From: Fidelibacterota bacterium
Lineage (GTDB): Bacteria; Fidelibacterota; Marinisomatia; Marinisomatales; UBA2128
Assembly: GCA_046861645.1 (NCBI GenBank)
Contig: JBHHUM010000048.1
Location: 1 to 16,966 of the forward strand
Direction of reading: 5' to 3'
Length of the DNA stretch: 16,966 bases
In this document: positions 1 through 9,039 of the stretch, one piece after another
Numbering within the stretch: the first letter of the stretch is position 1
Layout: each line of letters starts with the position of its first letter
Translations under genes and position numbers: made by a program
Notes under the pieces: model-generated
The model's input: the letters and a program-made list of their open reading frames with translations, nothing else
Databases searched by the model: none
Told to the model about the DNA's origin: nothing

Positions 1-128
1 GCATGCTAGAGATTCCGGCGGCCGGCGTTTACGGGTTGGGACTGCGGGCTGTTGGCGAGGCGCAACTCTTTGTCGATGGTAACCTCCTTACGCGGACAGT
101 GGCGGAAGAGCCAACCAGGGCACTACCT

Positions 129-1253
129 TCACCGATCACTCAAGCGCCCCGAAATCCTCTGCTCACCCTTTTGGGCGTTATCGCTGTTTTGGGCCGAGTC
201 TTGAGCTACTTTAATACCATCAGGATCAAAGACTATGACCCCATCTTTATTAACTCTTTGAATTCGTGAGGCACCACTTGTCCATGACACATATATTCCA
301 CCACTATAATCCGATGCATACCCAATTAATCCTTGTTGTCCAAACCCCAAATCAATCCCATTCTCCCCAAAAACATATTGACCACTGGAATCAACCCGAT
401 TCACTAATAGTACGCTTGGACCAACACCAATAACGCCTCCGTTGCCATCGGAGAAAGCTCCTCCGTGGCGATATTCTCGTGAGTCCGGGATCCTTCCCAG
501 CAGTGTATCCGACCACAGATGATTACCTTCAAGGTCTAACTTCTGGCGCTTGATATTAGCACCGAAGCTGATGAATACATTGCCGCTTACGTCGGTAGCA
601 TTTATGTCAAGGTAGCCCCCATCATAAGTGTTCTCCCATAGAGAATCGCCATTCAATTCTATTCTACGGCAATAACTCCTGCTGCTGTCAAAGTCGCTAT
701 ATCCAACAACAAAGCCGCCGTTGTAATCCGGCTTCATGTCCCCTAGCTTATGCCATCCCGAACTTGCTTCACTGCTGATCCGTATGCCATTGGTACCGAA
801 TCTGACCTCTCCACTAGCGTCAACCCTCTGAATGTATATTTCGTTGTTTTCAGGAAAGCCCATCCAGTCGAATGTTGAATTTCGATAATCCTTCCAGCAT
901 ATCACCGCTCCGCCGCTGTCATCGCTTACTACCGCTCCCCACTGGTTGCCCAAGTTGGATAGGTTCAAGCCGAACATGTGTGAGGCTTCAGTAAGCAACA
1001 CTGAATTCCCTCCCCACACGGGATAGCCGTAACGATCATATTTCTTAGCCTTCATCTGATCGGCATTAGCGATATAAATGACAATTACAGACTGTTCTTC
1101 CTCGTCTACCACCAGGTAGGGGTACAGACCGTAGTCTACAAATATGGCGGAATCAACAGTAGTGGGCCACTGGGCAGTCAAGGGTATTGAGCTTGCCAAT
1201 AATAGAGCTATAAACTGAATTATCAGATATATTCTTGTAGTGTGTATAATCAT
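129..1253 (-). CDS. Secreted repeat protein (beta-propeller-like, SDxxGG / QRxDxxG repeats), probably 3'-truncated at ~200
   Basis: Signal peptide (IYLIIQFIALLLASSIPLTA-QWP). About six repeats pairing SDDSGGAVICW/PDYNGGFVVGY/TDVSGNVFISF/SDGNGGVIGV/SDYSGGIYVSW with IQRVDASG/VNRVDSSG/IQRVNKDG. The last ~23 aa come from compositionally different DNA and break the repeat pattern. Confidence 0.75.
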   Translation of the reverse strand: MIIHTTRIYLIIQFIALLLASSIPLTAQWPTTVDSAIFVDYGLYPYLVVDEEEQSVIVIYIANADQMKAKKYDRYGYPVWGGNSVLLTEASHMFGLNLSNLGNQWGAVVSDDSGGAVICWKDYRNSTFDWMGFPENNEIYIQRVDASGEVRFGTNGIRISSEASSGWHKLGDMKPDYNGGFVVGYSDFDSSRSYCRRIELNGDSLWENTYDGGYLDINATDVSGNVFISFGANIKRQKLDLEGNHLWSDTLLGRIPDSREYRHGGAFSDGNGGVIGVGPSVLLVNRVDSSGQYVFGENGIDLGFGQQGLIGYASDYSGGIYVSWTSGASRIQRVNKDGVIVFDPDGIKVAQDSAQNSDNAQKGEQRISGRLSDR

Positions 1254-1265
1254 AAATTTTTTTGT

Positions 1266-1294
1266 AATCTACGAGACGTTAGATTAATTGTCAA
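1266..1294 (-). promoter_or_regulatory. Sigma70-like promoter for the 129..1253 gene
   Basis: Minus strand reads TTGACA (1294-1289), 17 bp spacer, TAGATT (1271-1266). It overlaps a TAATCTA-N8-TAGATTA inverted repeat. Confidence 0.6.
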
Positions 1295-1380
1295 ACACTG
1301 CTGTTGGGTGTAGAACCAGATGTTCACTAATGCTTGTTGTAGCAACTTGCGCAAACCAGTGCCTAAGACAGAATAATCGC

Positions 1381-1410
1381 TTGGCAGTTAGAACATACAG
1401 GAATTAAATT
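1381..1410 (+). promoter_or_regulatory. Possible sigma70-like promoter for the 1441 gene
   Basis: TTGGCA-18 bp-TAAATT, followed by a GGAGGT Shine-Dalgarno upstream of GTG 1441. Confidence 0.35.
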
Positions 1411-1440
1411 GACCGAAACTATCTTGCTGGAGGTATTACA

Positions 1441-2367
1441 GTGCACCAATTCCTAAAACCCGTTTTTGCAACAATTCTCATACCTTTTGCTCTGTGGGCG
1501 CAAGATGATTTCTATCCCACGGAACCTTACTACGGAGGTGGCGTCGGCTTTAGTGAGATGTTTCTGTTTGTAGATGTGGGTAAGCTGGAAGGCTTCGAGC
1601 TGCTTGGAACAGTCACAGATACAGTCGGAAACAGTACCGGCCTTGGATTCAACACAGATGACTTCCGTACTCCGTTTGTGATCTATGGAGGCGAAGGATT
1701 TTCCCAGATTACTGGTCGGTGGCGCATCGGTGGCTATGCCGGATTGGGAACTTCGACCATTAGCGATCGAGGCGAGATAACCCTTTTCTTGGATCTGAAT
1801 GGTGACGGTATTCGTGATGCAGATGAGGCCATTCAAACATATGAAGGAGATGTTCCGGATCGGCAGGCTTCCTTTACCATTCTGATAAGCGGCGCTATCG
1901 TGGAGTACACGATTCCCATTCTACGTGGCTTGGAACTGAACGCCGGAGCGCTCATGGGCCTGGGAAGTGTGACAGCGAAGATAACCCAAAGTTCAGGCGG
2001 CGGTGGATGGGAAGATCAATTTACAGATATGTTCTCTGTAGGTCCGGAGGGTTATTATGCGGTAGGTGACCTCGATACCAGTGGTACGATAGATAATGAC
2101 GATTTTGCTTTAGTACAGACTTTCACGGCGACGGCTGCCGGATCGAACATGACCTCGCTGAGGGGGTCATTTTTCAATATGCAACCTTACGCTGGGATAA
2201 AACTACAATTCCTGGATCGTATGGGTCTCCGTCTGACTGTGGGGTACAACATGGGTTCAGTTCAACAGGGTCAGTGGATCCTCAACGACTTGGAGCGGAT
2301 AAGTGATTCCCAGAAGACTTCCTTCAACGGTCTGGCCGTCAGGGCGATGATATATTTTGGTCTGTAA
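1441..2367 (+). CDS. Outer-membrane beta-barrel-like protein with two DxDxDG-type Ca2+-binding loops
   Basis: GTG start with GGAGGT RBS and signal peptide (FATILIPFALWA-QDD). Gly/aromatic-rich alternating strands (WRIGGYAGLG, LELNAGALMGLG, MQPYAGIKL, LRLTVGYN) and a beta-signal-like C-terminus (VRAMIYFGL). Confidence 0.65.
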   Translation: MHQFLKPVFATILIPFALWAQDDFYPTEPYYGGGVGFSEMFLFVDVGKLEGFELLGTVTDTVGNSTGLGFNTDDFRTPFVIYGGEGFSQITGRWRIGGYAGLGTSTISDRGEITLFLDLNGDGIRDADEAIQTYEGDVPDRQASFTILISGAIVEYTIPILRGLELNAGALMGLGSVTAKITQSSGGGGWEDQFTDMFSVGPEGYYAVGDLDTSGTIDNDDFALVQTFTATAAGSNMTSLRGSFFNMQPYAGIKLQFLDRMGLRLTVGYNMGSVQQGQWILNDLERISDSQKTSFNGLAVRAMIYFGL

Positions 2368-2432
2368 CTGCTTCTATCAACGTCCTTAATAACCGGGGAT
2401 GTGCACCATTTTCTTGACTGAATAGCAATCTT

Positions 2433-4031
2433 ATGGCACGAATAAAAAAGCAGATCATATTTGTACTGGTTACTGTAGTGGTATTTCTGGTGGGGGCTTC
2501 TTTTGTTGCCCCCGCTCTCTCCACCCGCTCCAGTGAAATCTATGAGAAGATAAAGATTCTCAACCAGATTATCTCGATTGTCAATGAGAACTACGTGGAG
2601 CCCGTGGATTGGGATGATGTTTTGGACGGTGCTTTTCATGGGTTACTGGAAAGACTGGATCCCCATTCAGCCTATATACCTAAGAAGCAGTTGGAGACCA
2701 TTTCGGAGCAGTTTCACGGGAAATTTGAAGGGATTGGTATTGAATTCGACATTTTAGGTGGTTATATAACGGTCATTTCCCCGATTGTAGGTTCGCCTTC
2801 GGACCGGGCTGGTCTGCAACCGGGTGATCAAATTATCGCCATTGAGCGCGAGAGTGCTTACAAAATTACTAAAGAGGAGGTGTTTGAAAAGCTGCGCGGG
2901 CCAAAGGGCAGCAGGGTAAATATCACCGTCTCCAGGATAGGTGTTAAAAAACCTTTTGAGGTTGAGATTATCAGGGATGAGATTCCTATTTTCAGCGTTA
3001 CTTCAACCTTTATGCTGGATGATGAGACAGGGTATATACAGCTGCGTAGATTTTCATCGACCACATCCAGGGAAGTCCGTGAAGCTTTGGATCATCTCCA
3101 GGAGTTGGGAATGACGCAACTAATTTTTGATTTGCGGACGAATAGTGGTGGTTATCTTGAACAGGCAGTGGATGTAGCTGATAATTTCTTTGTGTCTCGT
3201 GATACCATCGTCTACACGGAGGGACGTCGCCTGGGATCAAGGAAAGTCTATCGGGCATCTTCTCGAATAGGACACGAAGACTTTGCTCTGGTGGTATTGA
3301 TTGATCGTTGGTCGGCCAGCGCCAGTGAAATTGTGGCAGGAGCTGTTCAGGATTTAGACCGTGGTTTAATTGTAGGAGAGACCAGCTTCGGTAAAGGATT
3401 GGTTCAGCAGCAGTGGATTCTCAATGATGAATCCGCCCTGCGGGTGACCATTGGACGATACTATACACCCAGTGGGCGACTTATCCAGAGACCCTATGCA
3501 AACGGGACACACGAATACTACCGGGAGCTGGCTGATGAGGATAGGGAAGCCAAGCTGGATTCACTGAAGGTGGAACATCCCCGGTACAAGACCCGTCTGG
3601 GTAGGGAAGTCTACGGTGGTGGTGGAATTACGCCGGATGTTTTTGTAGCGCTGGTAAGTAGAACCACGGAAACACGCAAGTTGCTCAGAAACGAGAAGAG
3701 ATTTACCTTTAATTGGGGAACGGCACAGGCCTCCTCAGAAAGAGGTAAATGGTCATCCCTTAGTGATTTTATGCAAAACTATAAAATCAGCGATAGTCAG
3801 TTTTCATCTTTCCTTGAATTTGTCCACCAGGAAGGTATGGTAGAATTAGACAAAACGAAATTAGAAGAGGATATTCCTTATCTGAAGGTTGTCCTTAAAG
3901 CCGAGATAGCGGGTACGTTATGGGGAAGAGGAGCCTATTACCAGGTGTTGGTAAGTGGAGACACCCAGGTTATCGAAGCCCGCAAACTATTGGGACAGGC
4001 CAGACAGTTTTTAACCACAAAGAGTGAATAA
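2433..4031 (+). CDS. ctpA: Carboxy-terminal processing protease, S41A family (PDZ + peptidase)
   Basis: N-terminal hydrophobic anchor, LDPHSAY, PDZ motif FEGIGIEF...SPSDRAGLQPGDQIIAI, DLRTNSGGYL, catalytic Ser in SASASEIVAGAVQD, Lys in FGKGLVQ, and YYTPSGRLIQ. Confidence 0.95.
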   Translation: MARIKKQIIFVLVTVVVFLVGASFVAPALSTRSSEIYEKIKILNQIISIVNENYVEPVDWDDVLDGAFHGLLERLDPHSAYIPKKQLETISEQFHGKFEGIGIEFDILGGYITVISPIVGSPSDRAGLQPGDQIIAIERESAYKITKEEVFEKLRGPKGSRVNITVSRIGVKKPFEVEIIRDEIPIFSVTSTFMLDDETGYIQLRRFSSTTSREVREALDHLQELGMTQLIFDLRTNSGGYLEQAVDVADNFFVSRDTIVYTEGRRLGSRKVYRASSRIGHEDFALVVLIDRWSASASEIVAGAVQDLDRGLIVGETSFGKGLVQQQWILNDESALRVTIGRYYTPSGRLIQRPYANGTHEYYRELADEDREAKLDSLKVEHPRYKTRLGREVYGGGGITPDVFVALVSRTTETRKLLRNEKRFTFNWGTAQASSERGKWSSLSDFMQNYKISDSQFSSFLEFVHQEGMVELDKTKLEEDIPYLKVVLKAEIAGTLWGRGAYYQVLVSGDTQVIEARKLLGQARQFLTTKSE

Positions 4032-4061
4032 AAAGTGTTATTTTCAAGTGATAATGCTTCG

Positions 4062-4090
4062 TTGACATTACAAGGGCTTTTGATTATTTT
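4062..4090 (+). promoter_or_regulatory. Sigma70-like promoter of the exbB-exbD-exbD-tonB operon
   Basis: TTGACA (4062-4067)-17 bp-TATTTT (4085-4090), with a TAAGGAG RBS before ATG 4133. Confidence 0.6.
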
Positions 4091-4132
4091 CGTGCGCACT
4101 TAAGGTGCTAATAGTAATAAGGAGATAGCTAA

Positions 4133-4837
4133 ATGGTTCAATATTTCTTAGAAGGTGGTGGTTTCATGTGGCCAATCCTTGTGCTGCTATTGTTCGGCTT
4201 GGGATTTGGCGTCGAGAGACTTATTACGTTATTCAGTGCTTCAATCAACACGAAGAAGTTTCTCGGTTCGGTTCGCGGGGCGCTTCAAAACGAAGGCTAT
4301 GAAGCTGCCGTAGAAGTATGTAGCAAAACCCCTGGTCCTGTTGCGGAGGTCTTTCATGCCGGGCTGACGAGGGCTCACAGGGGTATTGATGCTGTGGAAA
4401 AAGGCATCGAAAGTGCGGGAGCGGTAGAAATGGCGTTCTTGGAAAAGAACATGGTGTGGCTCAGTACGGTAGTTACCTTGGCTCCCATGTTTGGCTTTAC
4501 CGGTACAGTTTATGGGATGATTCAGGCTTTTGACGATATTAAAGCCGCCAATGAAATTTCTCCATCAATTGTTGCTGGTGGTATTTCCATTGCCCTGCTG
4601 ACCACTCTTTTTGGTTTGGTTGTGGCGATTATTATTCAGCTGATTCAGAACTTTCTTATCTCCCGGGTGGATAAGCTTATTGTGGATATGGAAGAGAGCT
4701 CAGTCATTCTGCTGGATGAATTAGCTGAGATGGAACAGTCAGGTAAGCTTTCCAAAGCTAAGCCTGCCGATCTGGCACCGTCAAGAAGGACTGCCAAGAA
4801 AAGCGGGGGCAAAAAAGCCAAGACTGAAAAGGAGTAG
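4133..4837 (+). CDS. exbB: MotA/TolQ/ExbB proton channel protein
   Basis: GGGFMWPILVL first TM, LEKNMVWLSTVVTLAPMFGFTGTVYGMIQAF and VAGGISIALLTTLFGL motifs; upstream of exbD/exbD/tonB. Confidence 0.93.
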   Translation: MVQYFLEGGGFMWPILVLLLFGLGFGVERLITLFSASINTKKFLGSVRGALQNEGYEAAVEVCSKTPGPVAEVFHAGLTRAHRGIDAVEKGIESAGAVEMAFLEKNMVWLSTVVTLAPMFGFTGTVYGMIQAFDDIKAANEISPSIVAGGISIALLTTLFGLVVAIIIQLIQNFLISRVDKLIVDMEESSVILLDELAEMEQSGKLSKAKPADLAPSRRTAKKSGGKKAKTEKE

Positions 4838-4839
4838 CT

Positions 4840-5232
4840 ATCAAGAAACGCACCAAGCCTGGAGAAATACCGACTGCCTCCATGGCAGATATAGCCTTTT
4901 TGCTGTTGATATTTTTCCTGGTTACTACTACTATTGATATGGACAAAGGTCTTGACCTCGTCCTACCCCCAGTGGGTGAGAAGAAGGACATTCCCAAAAA
5001 GAACATCGCCAACCTGCTGGTAGATGCTAAGGGGAATGTTCTCCTGGATAAGAAACCTATCCAGATTCGAGACATAAAAAAAGAAGTGATGCGGATGATA
5101 GCGGAAAATGACAAGTTGATTATTTCGGTCAAGACTCATCCGAGTACCAAGTACCAAGCCTACATTGATGTACTGGATCAGTTGAAGTTGGCTAACGCAA
5201 AGAAAATTTCCATTGCGGAGCCTGATAGGTGA
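4840..5232 (+). CDS. exbD: Biopolymer transporter ExbD/TolR (copy 1); start placed at ATC 4840 rather than ATG 4882
   Basis: EIPTASMADIAFLLLIFFLVTT TM motif with the essential Asp; C-terminal YQAYIDVLDQLKLANAKKISIA. The frame is open from 4828, and AAGGAG lies 5 nt before the ATC. Confidence 0.88.
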   Translation: MKKRTKPGEIPTASMADIAFLLLIFFLVTTTIDMDKGLDLVLPPVGEKKDIPKKNIANLLVDAKGNVLLDKKPIQIRDIKKEVMRMIAENDKLIISVKTHPSTKYQAYIDVLDQLKLANAKKISIAEPDR

Positions 5233-5648
5233 AGTTCAAATCGAAAACGGAAGTTGTAGCGGAGATCCCCACGGCTTCCATGCCGGATATCATTTTCATG
5301 CTGCTGATATTCTTCATGGTAACGACAGTTTTACGTACCTACGAGGGTTTGAATGTATTCTTACCCCAGGCCAAAAAAATCCAGAAGCTGGAAGAGACGA
5401 AGCGCCATATTGCTCATGTTTTTGTTTCCAAAGATGGCCTCATTTCCATTGACGACAAAGCTATACCGAAAGAGCATGTGGATCGGATAATGAGAATAAA
5501 GAGGACAGCAGACCCTAAACTGGTCGTTTCTTTAAAGGCTGATAAGGATGCTTCCATGGAGTTGATTAACGAGATACATACCGAGCTCCGAGAGGCGGAT
5601 GCTCTGAAAGTGAACTACTCCTCGAAATCGAAGGCGCCTCAATCGTGA
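5229..5648 (+). CDS. exbD: Biopolymer transporter ExbD/TolR (copy 2)
   Basis: GTG start overlapping the previous stop; EIPTASMPDIIFMLLIFFMVTT and VSLKADKDASMELINEIHTELREADALKVNY motifs. Confidence 0.92.
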   Translation: MKFKSKTEVVAEIPTASMPDIIFMLLIFFMVTTVLRTYEGLNVFLPQAKKIQKLEETKRHIAHVFVSKDGLISIDDKAIPKEHVDRIMRIKRTADPKLVVSLKADKDASMELINEIHTELREADALKVNYSSKSKAPQS

Positions 5649-6298
5649 TCATAAGAAAGGACTACAGAATATCACTTAAGTATCGGTATCCGGTGATGGT
5701 ACGCGGTGCGATTTTGTTTAGCATCTTGCTCTTGGTGGGATTATCCATCGCCTTCCCTCGCTTTGTTGCTGAGCAATTTATTCAGATGGATATGCAAAGG
5801 GAGGAAGTTACTCTTGAAGTAGACATTCCTCAGACTGAGCAGTTCGAACAACCTCCTCCTCCTGCCCGGCCGTCTATTCCTGTAGCGTCAGATCGTGAAG
5901 ATTTAGCTGATGATGTTACGATAGAGGATACTGAGTTTGAGGATTTCGTTGAGTGGGATGCCCCACCACCGCCCCCTTCCTCAGGCCCAGATGTCAAATT
6001 TATAGCTTACGACGAAGCCCCTGTTCCCATTGGAGGCTATGGTGCCATCCAGAGAAATATTGTGTATCCGGAGATTGCTCAGGAGGCGGGCATAGAAGGT
6101 CAGGTCGTCATCCAGGCCTTTGTGGATAAAAAGGGCCGCGTGCAGGAAATGACCGTTCTAAAGGGCATACCCAACACTGGTCTTGATGAAGCTGCCATGG
6201 CGGCGATCAAAAAAACCCGGTTTAAACCTGCCCGTCAGCGAGACCGCGCGGTGGGTGTTTATATATCCATCCCTGTTAATTTTAAGCTCAAGGGCTAG
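5645..6298 (+). CDS. tonB: Energy transducer TonB
   Basis: Single N-terminal TM, Pro-rich and acidic linker (QPPPPARP, APPPPPSS), TonB C-terminal domain YPEIAQEAGIEGQVVIQAFVDKKG...LDEAAMAAIKKTRFKPARQ...IPVNFKL. Confidence 0.94.
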   Translation: MIIRKDYRISLKYRYPVMVRGAILFSILLLVGLSIAFPRFVAEQFIQMDMQREEVTLEVDIPQTEQFEQPPPPARPSIPVASDREDLADDVTIEDTEFEDFVEWDAPPPPPSSGPDVKFIAYDEAPVPIGGYGAIQRNIVYPEIAQEAGIEGQVVIQAFVDKKGRVQEMTVLKGIPNTGLDEAAMAAIKKTRFKPARQRDRAVGVYISIPVNFKLKG

Positions 6299-6325
6299 CC
6301 CTACTCCCTATCTGAACCCTTTCTC

Positions 6326-6377
6326 CTGCATAATTAGTCAGGCAGGTATTTAACGAGTGGGAATGCCAGTTATGCAG
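6326..6377. terminator. Possible stem-loop between convergent tonB and sdhB
   Basis: CTGCATAATT (6326-6335) pairs with AGTTATGCAG (6368-6377), with an inner GGCA/TGCC stem. There is no clear U-tract, so terminator function is uncertain. Confidence 0.3.
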
Positions 6378-6388
6378 AATGACGCTTT

Positions 6389-7126
6389 CTAAAAGGTTGC
6401 TTTTATGAATTCTCTGTTCAACCTGGCGATGTGGGAAATGGAAATTTCTTTGGGGCATTCTATTTCGCAAGCTCCCGTATTGGTACAGCTTCCAAAGCCT
6501 TCTTCATCCATTTTGGCCACCATGTTTTTTACCCTGACTTCTCTTTCGGGCCACCCCTGTGGTAGCAGGGAGAATTGAGAAACCTTAGCGGCGACAAATA
6601 ACATGGCTGAAGAGTTTTTACAGGTAGCCACGCAGGCCCCACAGCCGATGCAGGCGGCGGCATCAAAGGCTTCGTCTGTATCCTTCTTGGGGATGGGGAT
6701 GGCATTAGCGTCGGGTGCAGCGCCGGTGTTTACAGAAATATAGCCCCCAGCCATTATAATACGATCGAAGGAGGTACGATCTACAACCAGGTCTTTGATG
6801 ACCTGAAAAGGGCCTCCCCGCCACGGTTCTAGAACAATCGTAGCACCATCATCAAAACTGCGCATATGGACCTGACACGTAGTGACACCACGTAGGGGAC
6901 CGTGTGCCCTGCCGTCAATAAAGATTCCACAGGTTCCGCAAATTCCCTCGCGGCAATCGTGATCAAAAGCGATGGGATCCTCACCCTTCTTAACTAAGTT
7001 GTCATTGAGCAAATCCATGGCTTCAAATAGAGACATATCCGTAGATAGGTTGTTTATCGGGTAGGAAACGAAGGCTCCCGACTGCGCACCAGCTTTTTGT
7101 CTCCATATTTTAAGAACGATATCCAC
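6389..7126 (-). CDS. sdhB: Succinate dehydrogenase/fumarate reductase iron-sulfur subunit (Bacteroidota-like type)
   Basis: Fe-S motifs [11 protein letters not shown]...[14 protein letters not shown] and [12 protein letters not shown]. The GTG start overlaps the sdhA stop. Confidence 0.95.
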   Translation of the reverse strand: MDIVLKIWRQKAGAQSGAFVSYPINNLSTDMSLFEAMDLLNDNLVKKGEDPIAFDHDCREGICGTCGIFIDGRAHGPLRGVTTCQVHMRSFDDGATIVLEPWRGGPFQVIKDLVVDRTSFDRIIMAGGYISVNTGAAPDANAIPIPKKDTDEAFDAAACIGCGACVATCKNSSAMLFVAAKVSQFSLLPQGWPEREVRVKNMVAKMDEEGFGSCTNTGACEIECPKEISISHIARLNREFIKATF

Positions 7127-9039
7127 TATTTGTAACTCCGGGTGGTGAGGTCGACATTCTCGAATTCCAGAATTTCCTTATGCATAGCCGGTTTCCCCTT
7201 TTTCCCTTTATACTCCCAGGCAGCCACGTAGGCAAAGTCTTTGTCGTTACGCAGGGCTTCGTTCTCTGCGGTCTGGTGTTCCTCCCGAAAGTGCCCTCCA
7301 CACGATTCTTCGCGAAGAAGTGCATCACGAGCCATCAGCTCCCCTAACTCCATAAAGTCTGCGACACGACCGGCCTTTTCCAATTCCTGATTAATTTCGT
7401 GGGGAGGACAGGTAATTTTAACATCATCCCAGAATTCTTTTCTGATGCGGGGAATTTCTGCTAACGCTTTTTCCAGTCCCGCCCTGTTTCTGGACATACC
7501 AACATATTCCCACATTACCTTGCCAAGCTCTTTGTGAAAATCGTCTACTGTACGAGATCCATTATTGTTGATGAAGTAGTCAATGGTCTCTGACAAGTGC
7601 TTTTCAGCCATCACGAAATTTTCGTGAGAAGAATTAATTCTATCCAAGTCCGTTGTAGCTAAATAATTGCCAAGGGTATAAGGAATAATGAAGTAACCGT
7701 CAGCCAGAGCCTGCATGAGGGCACTGGCCCCCAGGCGATTGGCGCCATGATCGGAAAAGTTTGCTTCTCCGATTACATGGAGCCCGGGAATAGTACTCAT
7801 TAAATTGTAATCCACCCATAACCCCCCCATTGTATAGTGAACAGCAGGATATATTTTCATTGGTGTTGTGTAGGGGTCTTCCCCGGTAATCTGTTTATAC
7901 ATATCAAAAAGATTACCGTATTTTGCCGATACCTGTTCTTTGCCCAGGCGTTCAAGTGCCTCCTGGAAATCAAGATAGACTGCAAAACCAGTGGGTCCAA
8001 CACCTTGTCCGTGGTCACACATTTCCTTTGCTCGTCTGGAAGCTACATCCCGGGGGACGAGGTTTCCAAAGGAGGGGTACAATCTTTCCAAATAATAGTC
8101 TCTTTCCTCTTCAGGAATATCAGCAGGATTGCGATGATCTCCTTTTTTCTTTGGTACCCAGACTCTACCGTCGTTTCTAAGGCTCTCGCTCATCAACGTA
8201 AGTTTTGATTGGTGCTCACTGGAAACGGGAATACAGGTGGGATGGATCTGTGTGAACGAGGGGTTAGCGAAATAAGCACCTTTTTTGTATGCCCGCCACA
8301 CTGCTGTGGCGTTGCAGTACATGGCATTTGTAGATAAGAAATAGACATTACCATATCCTCCTGTAGCTAGAATTACCGCGTCAGCAACATGTGAGTGAAT
8401 GTCTCCATTAATCAAGTTACGGGTGATAATTCCCCGGGCTTTGCCGTTGATTACAACCAGGTCCAGCATTTCATGTCGAGGGTGGAATTGTACCGTTCCC
8501 AACCCCATTTGACGAGCCATGGCAGAATAAGCGCCTAAAAGTAGCTGTTGACCGGTCTGCCCCCTGGCGTAGAAAGTGCGTGAAACCTGTGCCCCGCCAA
8601 AGCTACGGTTGTCTAACAGACCACCATATTCCCGGGCAAAGGGTACTCCCTGAGCAACACATTGGTCAATAATATTATTACTGATTTCCGCCAGTCGATA
8701 AACGTTTGCTTCCCGAGAACGATAGTCCCCACCTTTGATGGTATCGTAGAATAGTCTGAAAATACTGTCACCATCGTTAGGATAATTTTTGGCGGCGTTG
8801 ATCCCGCCCTGAGCGGCAATGCTGTGTGCTCTCCGGGGTGATTCATGATATGAAAAAGCTTGAATATTATAGCCCAGTTCAGCCAATGATGCAGCAGCGG
8901 AAGCTCCTGCCAACCCTGTTCCCACAATTATGATGTTGTACTTTCTTTTGTTAGCGGGACTTATCAGTTTTAAATCAAACTTATGTTGAGTCCATTTTTC
9001 GGCCAGTGGTCCACGGGGTATATTACTGTTTAACATCAT
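7126..9039 (-). CDS. sdhA: Succinate dehydrogenase/fumarate reductase flavoprotein subunit
   Basis: Rossmann motif [16 protein letters not shown]-binding [47 protein letters not shown] and [10 protein letters not shown]. Confidence 0.96.
   Translation of the reverse strand: MMLNSNIPRGPLAEKWTQHKFDLKLISPANKRKYNIIIVGTGLAGASAAASLAELGYNIQAFSYHESPRRAHSIAAQGGINAAKNYPNDGDSIFRLFYDTIKGGDYRSREANVYRLAEISNNIIDQCVAQGVPFAREYGGLLDNRSFGGAQVSRTFYARGQTGQQLLLGAYSAMARQMGLGTVQFHPRHEMLDLVVINGKARGIITRNLINGDIHSHVADAVILATGGYGNVYFLSTNAMYCNATAVWRAYKKGAYFANPSFTQIHPTCIPVSSEHQSKLTLMSESLRNDGRVWVPKKKGDHRNPADIPEEERDYYLERLYPSFGNLVPRDVASRRAKEMCDHGQGVGPTGFAVYLDFQEALERLGKEQVSAKYGNLFDMYKQITGEDPYTTPMKIYPAVHYTMGGLWVDYNLMSTIPGLHVIGEANFSDHGANRLGASALMQALADGYFIIPYTLGNYLATTDLDRINSSHENFVMAEKHLSETIDYFINNNGSRTVDDFHKELGKVMWEYVGMSRNRAGLEKALAEIPRIRKEFWDDVKITCPPHEINQELEKAGRVADFMELGELMARDALLREESCGGHFREEHQTAENEALRNDKDFAYVAAWEYKGKKGKPAMHKEILEFENVDLTTRSYK

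Noticed and set aside
3..269. 88-aa plus-strand ORF
   Set aside because: It crosses the compositional junction and overlaps the minus-strand gene. At most its first part is a fragment of a foreign gene.
1296..1360. Multi-stem fold (CACTG/CAGTG closing stem, GAAC/GTTC, GTTG/CAAC) suggesting a tRNA or ncRNA
   Set aside because: Stems are only 4-5 bp, with no T-loop or D-loop consensus and no recognisable riboswitch motif.
4050..4068. Fur-box-like GATAATG upstream of exbB
   Set aside because: Only about 8 of 19 positions match the consensus, and there is no second half-site.
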